Shown here one piece after another: positions 10,685 through 21,060 of a stretch of 64,000 nucleotides of DNA. This stretch comes from an uncultured Methanoregulaceae archaeon (GTDB taxonomy: Archaea > Halobacteriota > Methanomicrobia > Methanomicrobiales > Methanospirillaceae). The notes beneath the pieces are model-generated. The model searched no databases, had not been told where the DNA came from, and saw nothing but the letters and a program-made list of their open reading frames with translations. Every line of letters starts with the position of its first letter. Position 1 is the stretch's first letter. Made by a program: the position numbers and the translations under genes. Where the stretch lies: positions 576,001 to 640,000 of the forward strand of contig OY970061.1 in NCBI GenBank assembly GCA_963705255.1. The letters are read 5' to 3'.

Positions 10685-11680
10685 ATGAAAGTCAACATGA
10701 TGCATGGCGCCGGCGGTGAAGTGATGGGGGAACTGCTCCAGACCCTCACCAGATTCCGGCATAACAACGCCGGCGGTATCGGGCTGGAGGCCATGGATGA
10801 CGGTGCGGTCATCCCCTTCAATGGGGAGAACCTCGTATTTACCACGGATTCCCACATTGTACGGCCGATCTTTTTCCCGGGCGGGGATATCGGCCGGATC
10901 TCGGTCTGTGGCACCGTCAACGATCTCGCAATGATGGGTGGCAGGCCCATTGCCCTGTCATGCGGCATGATCATCGAGGAAGGTTTCGATATCGACGATC
11001 TTGCACGGATCATTGCCTCCATGGATGAAGCTCTCGGCGAGGCGGGTGCAAACCTTGTCACCGGTGATACGAAAGTCATGGAGAGAGGTGCACTCGACGG
11101 GATTGCTATCAATACCTCGGGAATCGGGATAGCCAAAAAGATCGTGCGGGACAACGGGCTCGTGCCCGGGGATGTGGTGATCGTTTCCGGCACCCTTGGG
11201 GATCACGGCCTTGCCATCATGGCACACCGCGAAGGGTTCGACCTTGGTGAACAGATACAATCAGATGTAGCCCCCCTCTGGAAAATGATAGAAAAGGTGC
11301 TCGATGCCGGGACCATTCATGCCATGAAAGACCCGACCCGTGGCGGGTTTGCCAGCGCAATCAATGAGATGGCCCGGAAAAGCGGCGTGTGCGTCCGGGT
11401 GCAGGAAGAGTATATACCTATCCGAAAAAATGTGAAAAGTGCTGCGGGAATGCTGGGCATCGACCCTCTTGAAGTTGCCAACGAAGGCAAAGTAGTGATG
11501 GGTGTCCCGGCGTCCGAAGCAGATGCTATCCTTTCAGCTCTCCGTTCACACCCCTATGGAAAGGACGCGATAATTGTCGGGAACGTCACCAGAGGAGCCC
11601 ATGTTATCATGGAAACAAAAATCGGCGGCGAACGGTTTATTGAGCCTCCGATGGGTGATCCGGTCCCCCGCGTCTGCTGA
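10685..11680 (+). CDS. hypE: Hydrogenase carbamoyl dehydratase HypE
   Basis: HGAGG, TTDSH, GDTKV, DPTRGG, ANEG, terminal PRVC. Confidence 0.95.
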   Translation: MKVNMMHGAGGEVMGELLQTLTRFRHNNAGGIGLEAMDDGAVIPFNGENLVFTTDSHIVRPIFFPGGDIGRISVCGTVNDLAMMGGRPIALSCGMIIEEGFDIDDLARIIASMDEALGEAGANLVTGDTKVMERGALDGIAINTSGIGIAKKIVRDNGLVPGDVVIVSGTLGDHGLAIMAHREGFDLGEQIQSDVAPLWKMIEKVLDAGTIHAMKDPTRGGFASAINEMARKSGVCVRVQEEYIPIRKNVKSAAGMLGIDPLEVANEGKVVMGVPASEADAILSALRSHPYGKDAIIVGNVTRGAHVIMETKIGGERFIEPPMGDPVPRVC

Positions 11681-11793
11681 AAATTTTCAAAAATTTTTTA
11701 TGCAGAATCATCCATCCTCCATATCTGCAGTTTTGCAGATTTGATTGCGCGCGGACTGGATTCCCGCACGCAATTCTTTCGGGTGCCGTGTAC

Positions 11794-13158
11794 TTACGGT
11801 TTTTTTGATCGATCGATAGAGTTCCCTCCTGTCGAGCGGTATGCTTCCCGTGGTACGTGGATAATAAATCGCGCACCTTTCCCCGGCACACCCGTCTCCC
11901 TTACTGTCAGATTGGTTATCGCGAGAATCTCCCGTGACAGGAAGAGGCCAAACCCGGTATGTTTAAAATACTCCCGCCGGAAAATATGTTCCTTCTCTTC
12001 ATGGGGGATCCCGATCCCGTCATCTTCAACGATGAGATCGAGACTGTCGGTGTATTCTTCTGACCTGATTATGATCTCTGTCACATGCTCCCCGTGGCGG
12101 ATTGAATTGTCGATGAGATTGTAAAATACTTTCTCCAGAAGGGGATCGGCATATATCTCAACAGGAGGTATCGTGACATTGACAAGAACCAAATGGATGT
12201 CGATGCTTGCCAGTGCAAGTGATACCGTCTCACCGACATTATGCCACTGGGGTGAATGCACGCCGATATTCTGGTAATCACGGGTGAACAGGATCTGGCT
12301 CCGGATCGCATTCGCTGCCTGTTCCTCCTTGAGCAGATAGTTGATCATGCGGGGATCCGTGGTATCCTGTTTTGAGAGCTCGAGAAACCCGAGGAGTGCA
12401 GTCAGCTGGTTGAGGATATCGTGGCGTGTAACGTTATTGAGCAGGTTGAGTTTCTTATTGGCCTGGGTCAGTGCTTCCTGCGATAATTTATTGTCAGTAA
12501 TATCAACAACCGTGCAGATGACGCCGGGTTCACCGGTTTCTGCGGCGGAGACAAGTGCCCATCGCATACTCCCGTCCCAGGCACGGAACCTTACTTCGAT
12601 ATCACCGACCCTCCGCATGTCGCGGATCTTGGTGATGAAACATTCCCGTTCTTCCCGGTCCGGAATAAGGTCAGGGAGGGACCTCTGCATGAGTTCATCG
12701 CAATCGTACCGGATCATATTGGCAAATTTCCGGTTGGCATCCATGATCCTGAGGGTCTGCCGGTCATAGCTGAATACTCCGGCCTGGGAATTGTAATACG
12801 CCCCGCAGCTCTTCTCCCCTTCTTTCCGGTATACCTGCGAATACGTGGAGATAAGGACCCCAAGCGAGACGAAGATATAGAACCAGACCGTGGCAACCGT
12901 ATACAACTGACTGTCCGGCAACCCGATGATAAAGACCAGCGCGATATACAACCAGCCTACCAGAACCGTCCCGTAGATACTCAGCTTCGGGCGTGAAAAC
13001 GCGATAAGGACAATGGGGATAAGGTAAAAGTACGGGAATACATCGTAAATTCCCTTCTGGATACTGAAATAGGTGATCACTCCTGCAGCAATGATACTCC
13101 CGATGATACAGATATCATACAGGATCTGCCTTTTCCGGGTGATAGGCCGCATCGTCAT
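11794..13158 (-). CDS. Membrane PAS-domain sensor histidine kinase
   Basis: N-terminal TM helices, PAS domain, RHDILNQL H-box, NLIDNS, DDGIGI, TGFGL. Confidence 0.9.
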   Translation of the reverse strand: MTMRPITRKRQILYDICIIGSIIAAGVITYFSIQKGIYDVFPYFYLIPIVLIAFSRPKLSIYGTVLVGWLYIALVFIIGLPDSQLYTVATVWFYIFVSLGVLISTYSQVYRKEGEKSCGAYYNSQAGVFSYDRQTLRIMDANRKFANMIRYDCDELMQRSLPDLIPDREERECFITKIRDMRRVGDIEVRFRAWDGSMRWALVSAAETGEPGVICTVVDITDNKLSQEALTQANKKLNLLNNVTRHDILNQLTALLGFLELSKQDTTDPRMINYLLKEEQAANAIRSQILFTRDYQNIGVHSPQWHNVGETVSLALASIDIHLVLVNVTIPPVEIYADPLLEKVFYNLIDNSIRHGEHVTEIIIRSEEYTDSLDLIVEDDGIGIPHEEKEHIFRREYFKHTGFGLFLSREILAITNLTVRETGVPGKGARFIIHVPREAYRSTGGNSIDRSKKP

Positions 13159-13273
13159 GGTTCACGGAGAAACCTGTTAAGGGGAAAAAACGTTGAGTGC
13201 TTACACTCATATTCTTCGATGATAAATATATTAACTCTGATTTGGATCCGAAAAAAATGTGCGGGCTCTTTTT

Positions 13274-13828
13274 TCAGGCAATATATTTCATCAAAAGTTC
13301 CATGGCTGCGAGTTCCTGTCTTCCGCCGCATTTCCTTACGATCCCCGCGTGATAGTCGATCAGTTTTTTCAGATCCGGATCCCGGTTTTTCCTGTACCGT
13401 GTTGCATATACCGCCATGTCAATAATACTGTTGAACCCCCGGTTCACCGGGCAGGCAAAGACCTCTTCAATAATCTCCTTTTCGAGGGTGAGCCCGACCA
13501 CCAGTGCCTCGTTTGTCTTTCGTTCGACCGATGCAGTGAATGCTGCCCAGGCGTCAGCTCCGGCAAGCCGCTGCATTTTTTTCCCGCCAACGGGCTCTTC
13601 AACGAACGATTCGCGGGAAAGGTCATCGAATGCAGTTTTGACATAGAGTACCGGATCATGGATCAGATTCGCCACGATCCAGCCATCCCTCACAATGTTA
13701 TCGGCAGTGTGGCTCCCGATAAAGAGCACAAGACGTGCTTCCCCTTCGCGGAAGTGGATGCCTATAGGGGCAGCGTTAAACCCGGTAGTCGCAATGACCT
13801 CATTGATACCCTCAGTCAATAGTCCCAT
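13274..13828 (-). CDS. DUF447 family protein
   Basis: EVIATT..NAAPIG, GSHT..N, NRGFN. Confidence 0.8.
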   Translation of the reverse strand: MGLLTEGINEVIATTGFNAAPIGIHFREGEARLVLFIGSHTADNIVRDGWIVANLIHDPVLYVKTAFDDLSRESFVEEPVGGKKMQRLAGADAWAAFTASVERKTNEALVVGLTLEKEIIEEVFACPVNRGFNSIIDMAVYATRYRKNRDPDLKKLIDYHAGIVRKCGGRQELAAMELLMKYIA

Positions 13829-14637
13829 GACCAGCCCTCCCCGAGCGCGATAAAGAGGGATGCGATCAGGATGTCGGCGATGGAACCCGGATTGATATCC
13901 CGTGAAATGCACTCGCCGTCGAGATCCTCTGCCGAACGTTTCCCGTCGAGCACATCGCGCGCACTGTTCATGATCTCCTGCGCCACTCCGGCGCCGTGCT
14001 TCTTGATGATGAAGGTGTCAGGTTCTGTTGCGAGGAGCGTGAGGAACGTCCGGACAATTGCCTGCCTGCCTGGGCCGGTCTCCCTGAGGATGTCCGCACC
14101 CCGCCGGGACAGGCGAAATCCGGTCACCCACTCGCGGGCCACCATATCGCTTGCCGCAGAGTGCTGCATGATGTCAAGGAGTGTCATCCCGCGGTCACGT
14201 ATCAGGGTCAGCGTATGCGGGTCATTGACATCAAGTTCATCCGCTGCGTTCATCCTCACCGATGTCATGGCAAAGGCCTTGTAGAATGCTACGGCATCCG
14301 AGGTATCGGTCTTTTCTATGGCTTTCTGCGCACCGGGAATGTCTTTTCCGTAAATAAGCGGGATGAGAAGGATAAATGCCCCAAAGTGGGTATTTCCCCC
14401 CAGATGGCAGTTGGTATCACGGACTGCATGTTTGATGATCTCCCCGATCCTCCCGGTACCCGGTTCGGCTTCTTCAAAGGCAGAGCGGGCAAAGATGGTG
14501 GATGCCAGGAAATGTTCGAGCCGGGTATCAGGATAGTCGTGGCAACGGTCAACGTTTCCCGGCTTCGGGTAGGCGCAGACCTCAAGCATCATTGCAAGTT
14601 GCGCCCGTTCAGCGGCTGGTATCTGCAGGCACGTCAT
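13816..14637 (-). CDS. citG: Triphosphoribosyl-dephospho-CoA synthase family (CitG-like)
   Basis: EV...PKPGNV, GNTHFG, DTFIIKK, INPGSIAD. Confidence 0.85.
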   Translation of the reverse strand: MTCLQIPAAERAQLAMMLEVCAYPKPGNVDRCHDYPDTRLEHFLASTIFARSAFEEAEPGTGRIGEIIKHAVRDTNCHLGGNTHFGAFILLIPLIYGKDIPGAQKAIEKTDTSDAVAFYKAFAMTSVRMNAADELDVNDPHTLTLIRDRGMTLLDIMQHSAASDMVAREWVTGFRLSRRGADILRETGPGRQAIVRTFLTLLATEPDTFIIKKHGAGVAQEIMNSARDVLDGKRSAEDLDGECISRDINPGSIADILIASLFIALGEGWSWDY

Positions 14638-15748
14638 GGAAAACACGGCTCATTATCGTATCTGAAAGCTCGCGTTTGAGGCGCATATACTCTTTCTTTG
14701 TAAGTCCCGCCTGCCTGAGGGTCATATCCCGGAACATGCACGGCGATGACGTCTTGCAGCACCAGGAAAGGCTGCCAAAACAGGTCTGCTTGCCGTCTTC
14801 GAGAGGGGTCCCCTTTACGGCACCGGTCTTCATCGCTATATAGTCTTCCTTGGGCACGCCGATGCGAGAAAGTGTCGGGATCAGCGGGCACTCTTTCACC
14901 GGCATGCAACAGAACGTGAGGGAACGGATATCTCCCCCGCGACAGAGCTGCTTTGGCGCATTGTACCATCCTTCTTCGTCCGCGTACCGGGTAATAGCAG
15001 CATCGAGCCCGGCAAGAGTCCGCATGTCCGCATGCCGCGCGAGAGAAACGATATCAGCGCCATGGGAGAGCATGTCTTTCATGCGATCGAAGGTGTTGAT
15101 GGAATTGTTGGCGATCAGCATCAGGGGGCAGCTGTTCCTGATCTGCCGGAGCTTTGCCGTGCCGAAGTCCATGAGGTCCACGTGAAGAATATCTGCTCCC
15201 GCCTCCCAGAGTTTCCCGGCCAACAGCCGGTCGTCGTCTGAAACACCGGCCCTGATCTTCACCGATACCGTAACACCGGTCCCTTTGAGAGCACGGACAA
15301 CGGCAAGGAGCTTTTCCACGTTCCTGAGATAATATTCCCCGGACCCGGCGTCAACCATGGCCGGCTGGCGGCAGTGGGCATCGATCTCGTAGACGACCGT
15401 ATCCCCGAGCACCCTCACCAGGTCGCAAAATGAGTCGGGGGTACTCCCACGAAGGTTGATCCCGGTGATCACGCCGGATCCTTCCAGTTTCCGGATCTGG
15501 TTCGTAAGTTCGGTTACCGGATCATCATAGAGGAATTCTTTATGGTCGCCTGCAGAAGCGATGGTCTCTGCGGCATTCATGGTCTGTTCATCAATGGAAT
15601 ATCCGCCGATAAAAGCGAGGCCGATGTGGCTTGCACGTTCGAGCACGTATGCTGCATCGACGATTCCTGCCATCGATGCAACCGCCACGGGAGTCCTGAC
15701 AACCCGGTCATTGATGAGCAGCCCGAAGCGCTCAAACGCATCCATCAT
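14609..15748 (-). CDS. Methanogenesis marker 9 domain protein (Dus-like TIM barrel plus Cys-rich domain)
   Basis: ASMAG, EIDAHCRQ, SVKIR; C-terminal CRGGD.R.LTFCC, CFGSLSWCCK. Confidence 0.85.
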   Translation of the reverse strand: MMDAFERFGLLINDRVVRTPVAVASMAGIVDAAYVLERASHIGLAFIGGYSIDEQTMNAAETIASAGDHKEFLYDDPVTELTNQIRKLEGSGVITGINLRGSTPDSFCDLVRVLGDTVVYEIDAHCRQPAMVDAGSGEYYLRNVEKLLAVVRALKGTGVTVSVKIRAGVSDDDRLLAGKLWEAGADILHVDLMDFGTAKLRQIRNSCPLMLIANNSINTFDRMKDMLSHGADIVSLARHADMRTLAGLDAAITRYADEEGWYNAPKQLCRGGDIRSLTFCCMPVKECPLIPTLSRIGVPKEDYIAMKTGAVKGTPLEDGKQTCFGSLSWCCKTSSPCMFRDMTLRQAGLTKKEYMRLKRELSDTIMSRVFHDVPADTSR

Positions 15749-15801
15749 AAGTTCATATCTATTGAAGGTGATGGGACAAATTACTTTGGGTATGATCCGG
15801 C

Positions 15802-16030
15802 ACATGCACGCGATTCAATCCCGTCGCGAACGAAAGTGAGCACGGGATTGCATTGAGGAGGGGCATATGCCGGATCAGGAGAAGACCGTGAGCGAAGCGC
15901 ACGGTCTTCGACATGCAAGTACCTATTAATCCCCGTTCGCGAACGAAAGTGAGCACGGGATTGCATTGAGGAGGGGCATATGCCGGATCAGGAGAAGACC
16001 GTGAGCGAAGCGCACGGTCTTCGACATGCA
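15802..16030. repeat. Tandem duplication (~113-bp period) of a two-hairpin intergenic element
   Basis: 15817-15917 repeats at 15928-16030; each unit has AATCCCGT..ACGGGATT and GGAGAAG..CTTCGA hairpins. Confidence 0.9.
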
Positions 16031-16087
16031 GGAATCCAATCAAGACAGATCAACTTCGTGGCAAGCCACGTGGTTTTTGAATCACTC

Positions 16088-16540
16088 TCAGAGTTTCTCG
16101 ACACAATATCCATCCCTGGTCCGGCCCAGGACGACCCCCTCCCGCGCATCCTCAACGGTTATCCCTCTGTTGTTCCTGAAGTGTTCTATAACGGTCGCCC
16201 AAGGTATCAGGAACGCCTCATTAGCTTTTCCCGGCCCATGCCGGAATTCGATCGCAAGGTACCCTGTCCGCCCGGTCTTCGAGAGGAAATCCGATATTGT
16301 GTCCACCTGGTGGACATTATTCTTATCGGCATGAAAATGCTGGGAAAAGTAGAGCTTCTTATCCATAATGGATTTACATTCAATAGAAAGGTAATAGGAA
16401 GGATTGAGGGAGTCCACCAGCACGTCCACGTACTGGCTGGTGAACTTATGCTGCTTGAGCCGGTAGGCAAATCCCTGAATATGGTGTGTTTTGAAATACC
16501 GGTTCAGGCAGTGGACGATCTCCCGTTCGAAATCACTCAT
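16088..16540 (-). CDS. Holliday-junction-resolvase-like PD-(D/E)XK nuclease
   Basis: FEREIV ... VDVLVD ... IECKS motif. Confidence 0.7.
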   Translation of the reverse strand: MSDFEREIVHCLNRYFKTHHIQGFAYRLKQHKFTSQYVDVLVDSLNPSYYLSIECKSIMDKKLYFSQHFHADKNNVHQVDTISDFLSKTGRTGYLAIEFRHGPGKANEAFLIPWATVIEHFRNNRGITVEDAREGVVLGRTRDGYCVEKL

Positions 16541-16617
16541 TGATTACTGGTGCGACGTCATCCGAAAAAAACCATTTGGTAAGAATTTTTAATCTGTCCG
16601 GTAATACTATTTGTTAT

Positions 16618-17019
16618 ATGAGTACAAAGGGAATGTTACTCGTAGGGCACGGGAGCACGATGCCCTACAACCAGGAGCTCGTCGAGAAGACTGCATCTTT
16701 CATCAGGGCGCAGAATACGGAGTTTATTGTCAAATGTGGTTTTATGAACATGAATAAACCGTCGATCAAGGAGTCACTCACTGAATTCCGGCTCGAACCG
16801 ATCGATGTGCTCGTGGTAGTACCCCTCTTCCTTGCAAAAGGAGTCCATATAGAAAAAGACATTCCCGGTGAGATCGGATTGCCCGAAGGGACAAAGAAAG
16901 GGAGCTTTGTGTTGAACGGCAGAACGATACCGCTCGTGTACGCAGACCCGATCGGGAGCGATCCCCTGCTTGCCGATCTCATGATCAAGAACGCGACAAA
17001 AGCGCTCGCACTCCTCTGA
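16618..17019 (+). CDS. cfbA: Sirohydrochlorin nickelochelatase
   Basis: VGHGS, PLFLAKGVH, DIP, PIG CbiXs motifs; first gene of the cfb operon. Confidence 0.92.
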   Translation: MSTKGMLLVGHGSTMPYNQELVEKTASFIRAQNTEFIVKCGFMNMNKPSIKESLTEFRLEPIDVLVVVPLFLAKGVHIEKDIPGEIGLPEGTKKGSFVLNGRTIPLVYADPIGSDPLLADLMIKNATKALALL

Positions 17020-17027
17020 CGTATTTT

Positions 17028-18248
17028 ATGCGCATCCTTGTACTGGACACAATCCACGGCGGAAAGCAGATAAGCCGGGCTTTTGCAGCCCGCGGAGACG
17101 CGGTGGACCTTGTGGACGTGTACCGTGGAGAAACGGCAGTGGATGAAAAGACTGCCCTTTCAAGGACCTATGACCTTATCGTTGCTCCAGTCCATCTCGA
17201 CCCCGATCACCCGCTCCTGAAACATGCAACTGTGCCGGTGATCAACCACCATGAGGCGGTCCGCCAGCTGCTGGGTGACGATATCCCCAGGCCCATGATA
17301 GAGATTACCGGTGCCCGGGGAAAGACGACAACCGCCCATGCCCTGGCATCCCTGCTTCCGGGTAAAGGAATCCTGCATACGTCGAACGGGACATTCAGGT
17401 TCCCGGAAAAAACCTGGATCTCCCGGTCCAGTATTACGCCCGGTTCGGTACTCGAAGTCGTCCGGTTGGCCAAGGAGATCCATGGGTGGCTGGTTGTGGA
17501 AGAATCCCTTGGTGTCAGCGGAGCAGGAACCCTTGCCATCATCACATCAGATGAGGATTATTCTTTTGCAAGCGGGAAGAGATCAGCCGTCAAGGCCAAG
17601 CTGGCGTCAACAAAACACTGCCGGCACCTTCTTCTTGCGGAAAATATCCGGGCCGGTTATCAGGATGGTATTGTGCATCTTGAGGACATTGCATCCTGTG
17701 ATGGAATTGAATGCACCCTCACATTCGATGGCAAAACCCGGCGGTTCAGTTCACCGCTTCTCGCGCTGCCGGCATATAATGAACCAATACTGCTTGCCGC
17801 AGCGGCAGCACTGATGCTTGGACAGGACCCGTCCCCGCTCTCATCGTTCGCCTCTCTGGCCGGGCGGATGTCAGTCTCCTACGAGCAGGGCCTGCTGGTG
17901 GTGGATAACGCCAACAGCGGAACAAATGTTGTGACCACCCTTGATGCAGCCCGTTATGCACGGAGCACCTCGGGCAGTGAAGATATGACTCTTGTCATCG
18001 GGCAGCAGGAAGGCGACGGTGCGGTATGCGAAGGTTTTGCCCAGGACCAGATTCTTGCGGCTGTAGAGGCAATCCGCGCTCAAAGGCTTATCTGGGTCGG
18101 AAGGCTCCCGAAGCCGGGCACGGATGAATACAAACGTCTCGCCCCGCTGATAACTGCGCACGCTCAGACGCTTGACGAAGGGTATTCCCTTGCCAGGAAA
18201 AAGACCGTGCGGGGATCCATAGTCCTCTCTGTCAAGATGTGGAGATAA
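17028..18248 (+). CDS. cfbE: Coenzyme F430 synthase (Mur-ligase-like)
   Basis: LDTIHGG, EITGARGKTTT, ESLGVSG, DNANSG, VCEG. Confidence 0.92.
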   Translation: MRILVLDTIHGGKQISRAFAARGDAVDLVDVYRGETAVDEKTALSRTYDLIVAPVHLDPDHPLLKHATVPVINHHEAVRQLLGDDIPRPMIEITGARGKTTTAHALASLLPGKGILHTSNGTFRFPEKTWISRSSITPGSVLEVVRLAKEIHGWLVVEESLGVSGAGTLAIITSDEDYSFASGKRSAVKAKLASTKHCRHLLLAENIRAGYQDGIVHLEDIASCDGIECTLTFDGKTRRFSSPLLALPAYNEPILLAAAAALMLGQDPSPLSSFASLAGRMSVSYEQGLLVVDNANSGTNVVTTLDAARYARSTSGSEDMTLVIGQQEGDGAVCEGFAQDQILAAVEAIRAQRLIWVGRLPKPGTDEYKRLAPLITAHAQTLDEGYSLARKKTVRGSIVLSVKMWR

Positions 18249-18257
18249 GTGATACGG

Positions 18258-19322
18258 ATGAAGTATATGCACCCCCGCCCGAGTTCCATTGTCGCAGCAC
18301 TGTATACTGCCCGCGATCTCAATGTCGACGTTGCGATCCTGCACGGTCCTTCCGGCTGTTCATTCAAACATGCCCGGCTGCTCGAGGAGGACGGGATGCG
18401 GGTTCTGACCACTTCGCTGGCTGACAACGAGTTCATCTTCGGCGGGCAGAAATCCCTCGAGGATGTGCTGCGGTATGCCGAGGATACATTCTCACCCAGC
18501 CGGATGGCGGTGGTAGGCACGTGTGTTGCCATGATTATCGGCGAGGATCTCCAGTCCGCAATTGACGGGGCCGGTATCACGACTCCCACCATAGCAGTTG
18601 ATATTCACGCAGGGTACCTGGAGAATATTGCCGGTGTACTTTCAACGCTTGAAGCAGCCGAACGGGCCGGATGGATATCAGGTGATGAACTTGCCAGGCA
18701 GCGTTTCCTGATGGAGAAGGCCAATGAGGTCGAGCGGGTGCGGGGAGCTGCATCGCAACCCTATATCGAAGCGTCCCGGGGGGATCTCAAACATATCGCT
18801 GCACGGGAGCTCATCAGACTGGCCCGGGGAGGGGCAAAAGGGATTGCCATCCTGAACGCGAAAAAGGAGACGGCATATATGTTTGCCGACGAACTGATCG
18901 CACTCCACGATGTGTGCCCGGATGCCGACATCACGTACCTGGCAAATCTCGAACAACGCGGGCTGCCGAAGACCCGTGGTGACGCAGCGCGGATTGCGGA
19001 GGAGCTGGAACAGCGCGGCGTAAAATCCGAGTATATCGGGGCACTCGATGAGTATGGTGCCAATGGCGACGCCCTGGGAAAGCGGATGCGGGAGATCGAC
19101 CCTGCGTTTGCCCTTATTGCCGGTGTGCCCCATGCAATCCCTCCTGAATACACTGCCGGAATTGAGTGTTTCTCCATCACGAACGGGCCACGGCAGGTCG
19201 CACCTCTCCGGAATATCGGGCACCGCCACGTCATGGTCGAGATCGACCTGCACCCGAAGACTCTCGGAGTGCGGGAGATTATCGGGAGCGAGTTCGGGGC
19301 TGTCCTGCGGAGCATTGGATGA
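18258..19322 (+). CDS. cfbD: Ni-sirohydrochlorin a,c-diamide reductive cyclase, catalytic subunit (NflD)
   Basis: MHPRPSSIVAALYT, LHGPSGC, GTCVAMIIGED. Confidence 0.95.
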   Translation: MKYMHPRPSSIVAALYTARDLNVDVAILHGPSGCSFKHARLLEEDGMRVLTTSLADNEFIFGGQKSLEDVLRYAEDTFSPSRMAVVGTCVAMIIGEDLQSAIDGAGITTPTIAVDIHAGYLENIAGVLSTLEAAERAGWISGDELARQRFLMEKANEVERVRGAASQPYIEASRGDLKHIAARELIRLARGGAKGIAILNAKKETAYMFADELIALHDVCPDADITYLANLEQRGLPKTRGDAARIAEELEQRGVKSEYIGALDEYGANGDALGKRMREIDPAFALIAGVPHAIPPEYTAGIECFSITNGPRQVAPLRNIGHRHVMVEIDLHPKTLGVREIIGSEFGAVLRSIG

Positions 19323-20695
19323 AAGTTCTCCTCATCACCGGGGACCGGTCCGGCAGTGGCAAGACCAGCATCACGCTTGCCCTCGCAGCTCTCCTTTCGA
19401 AAAGCAACACGGTCCAGACCTTCAAGGTAGGGATGGATTATATCGATCCTTCGTATCTTGCGGCAGTATCGCACCGTCCCTGCCGGAACCTTGACAGTTA
19501 CACCCTTGACCGGCACCAGATACAGGATATTTTCCGGTTCGGGTGCCGGGGTGCGGACATCGCACTGGTGGAAGGTGTTCGCGGGCTCTATGAAGGTGCC
19601 GATGCACTGACCGATACCGGCAGTACCGCGGCAATAGCCAAGGAACTTGACCTGCCGGTAGTTCTTGTCGTGTCGGCGCAGAGCATTACCCGGAGTGCTG
19701 CAGCGATCGTCAAAGGGTTCCAGGAGTTCGACCCGGCCATCCGGATCGCGGGGGTCATCCTCAATAATATCAAAGGCGGCTCGCACAGGACAAAAGCGGT
19801 CACAGCCATTGAGCACTATTGCAATGTACCAGTTGTCGGGGCGATACCCCGTATGGAAGAGATGCAGCTTGCGATGCGCCACCTTGGCCTTGTGCCGTAC
19901 CGCGAAGGTTCCAGGCACGGGGATTTCGATGCACGCATAGCCACGATCACTGCCATGATCGGCCAGTATGTCGATCTTGAACGACTCCGGTCGCTGATGA
20001 AAGACGTGGTATTTCCGGAAAAACCGGCAACCCTTTTCGACAGCATCCCGGCACCGGAAGTCAGGATAGGTATCGCGATCGATGAGGCATTCAACTTTTA
20101 CTACGCGGACCTGTTTGATCTTCTCAGGACCTTTGGCGCTGAAACGGTCCCGTTCAGTCCTGTCCACGACAGGTTACCTGAAGCGGACGGCTATATCCTC
20201 GGCGGGGGATATCCGGAACTTTTTACCGGCGAGCTGGAGGCCAACGACAGGATGCGTGAATCAGTCCGGGAAACCTCCCGGAACGGTGTCCCTGTCTATG
20301 CCGAATGCGGCGGGCTGATGTATCTTACCGGGCGCATGACCCTGAAAAAAGGATGGCAGGGACTGGAGAAGGACCTTACTTCAGAGATGTGCGGGGTGTT
20401 CTCCGGCGAGACCCGGATGCCTGCGCGGAGGGTGGTAAGTTATGTCGAAGGGACAAGCGATGCTGATTCCCCGATGGGCAGTGCGCAGTTCCGGGGGCAC
20501 GAGTTCCATTATTCCGAGGTTATTCTCGAAAAAGGAACCCGCTTTTCCTACACCCTGTCAAGAGGGATCGGTATCAGGGATAACTATGACGGTGCTGTCG
20601 TAAACAACACGCTCGGCAGTTATACGCACCTGCACCCGGTTGCAAGTGCCGGGATGTTCCGGCACTTCGTGGATCTCTGCCGGAAAGAGAGATAG
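19319..20695 (+). CDS. cfbB: Ni-sirohydrochlorin a,c-diamide synthase
   Basis: GDRSGSGKT, DYIDP, EGVRGLYEG, GGGYPE, AECGG, GHEFH, YTHLH; in cfb operon. Confidence 0.92.
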   Translation: MKVLLITGDRSGSGKTSITLALAALLSKSNTVQTFKVGMDYIDPSYLAAVSHRPCRNLDSYTLDRHQIQDIFRFGCRGADIALVEGVRGLYEGADALTDTGSTAAIAKELDLPVVLVVSAQSITRSAAAIVKGFQEFDPAIRIAGVILNNIKGGSHRTKAVTAIEHYCNVPVVGAIPRMEEMQLAMRHLGLVPYREGSRHGDFDARIATITAMIGQYVDLERLRSLMKDVVFPEKPATLFDSIPAPEVRIGIAIDEAFNFYYADLFDLLRTFGAETVPFSPVHDRLPEADGYILGGGYPELFTGELEANDRMRESVRETSRNGVPVYAECGGLMYLTGRMTLKKGWQGLEKDLTSEMCGVFSGETRMPARRVVSYVEGTSDADSPMGSAQFRGHEFHYSEVILEKGTRFSYTLSRGIGIRDNYDGAVVNNTLGSYTHLHPVASAGMFRHFVDLCRKER

Positions 20696-20736
20696 TTTTT
20701 TTTTCAACACTCTGTTCCTTTTTTTAATTTTTTTTC
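20696..20736 (+). terminator. Oligo-T tracts, probable archaeal terminator of the cfb operon
   Basis: Three runs of 7-9 T immediately after the cfbB stop. Confidence 0.5.
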
Positions 20737-20775
20737 CAAGACAATCCCATCGAATCAGAAAAAAACCTGAGAAGA

Positions 20776-20827
20776 TACGAGTCCTCCCCGCCTCAGGGCC
20801 CCTCGCGGGGCACGGCGGGGCAAGGAG
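20776..20827 (+). repeat. REP-like palindrome (family A, copy 2), followed by further GC-rich hairpins to ~20922
   Basis: Matches 7203-7254. Confidence 0.8.
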
Positions 20828-21060
20828 TTTCCCGAGATTTTAGTTCCTGATCCGCCGCGGGGGCGCCCCGCCGGGGGCGGCGGCGTCTATCATAATGGGG
20901 GTATGGGGGTCTCAACCCCCATCATCGGATTTCATCCTCATGATCTTTACGATCTGCTTCTCCGATATTTTCTCTTCGAAATCCGAAAAGCAATTTCCTC
21001 CCTGCACCACTCCCGGACAAAAGAAAAAACTACAAAACCCCCTACACCCCATCAACAGCT

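Noticed and set aside
18258-19322. Nitrogenase NifD
   Set aside because: Short NflD-type sequence within cfbA/E/B, so it belongs to F430 synthesis.
18761-20167. Long antisense ORFs (also 5875-6939, 27456-28400, 34750-35973, 40621-41691, 53434-54321)
   Set aside because: Shadows of GC-rich genes with clear family motifs on the opposite strand; they have no motifs of their own.
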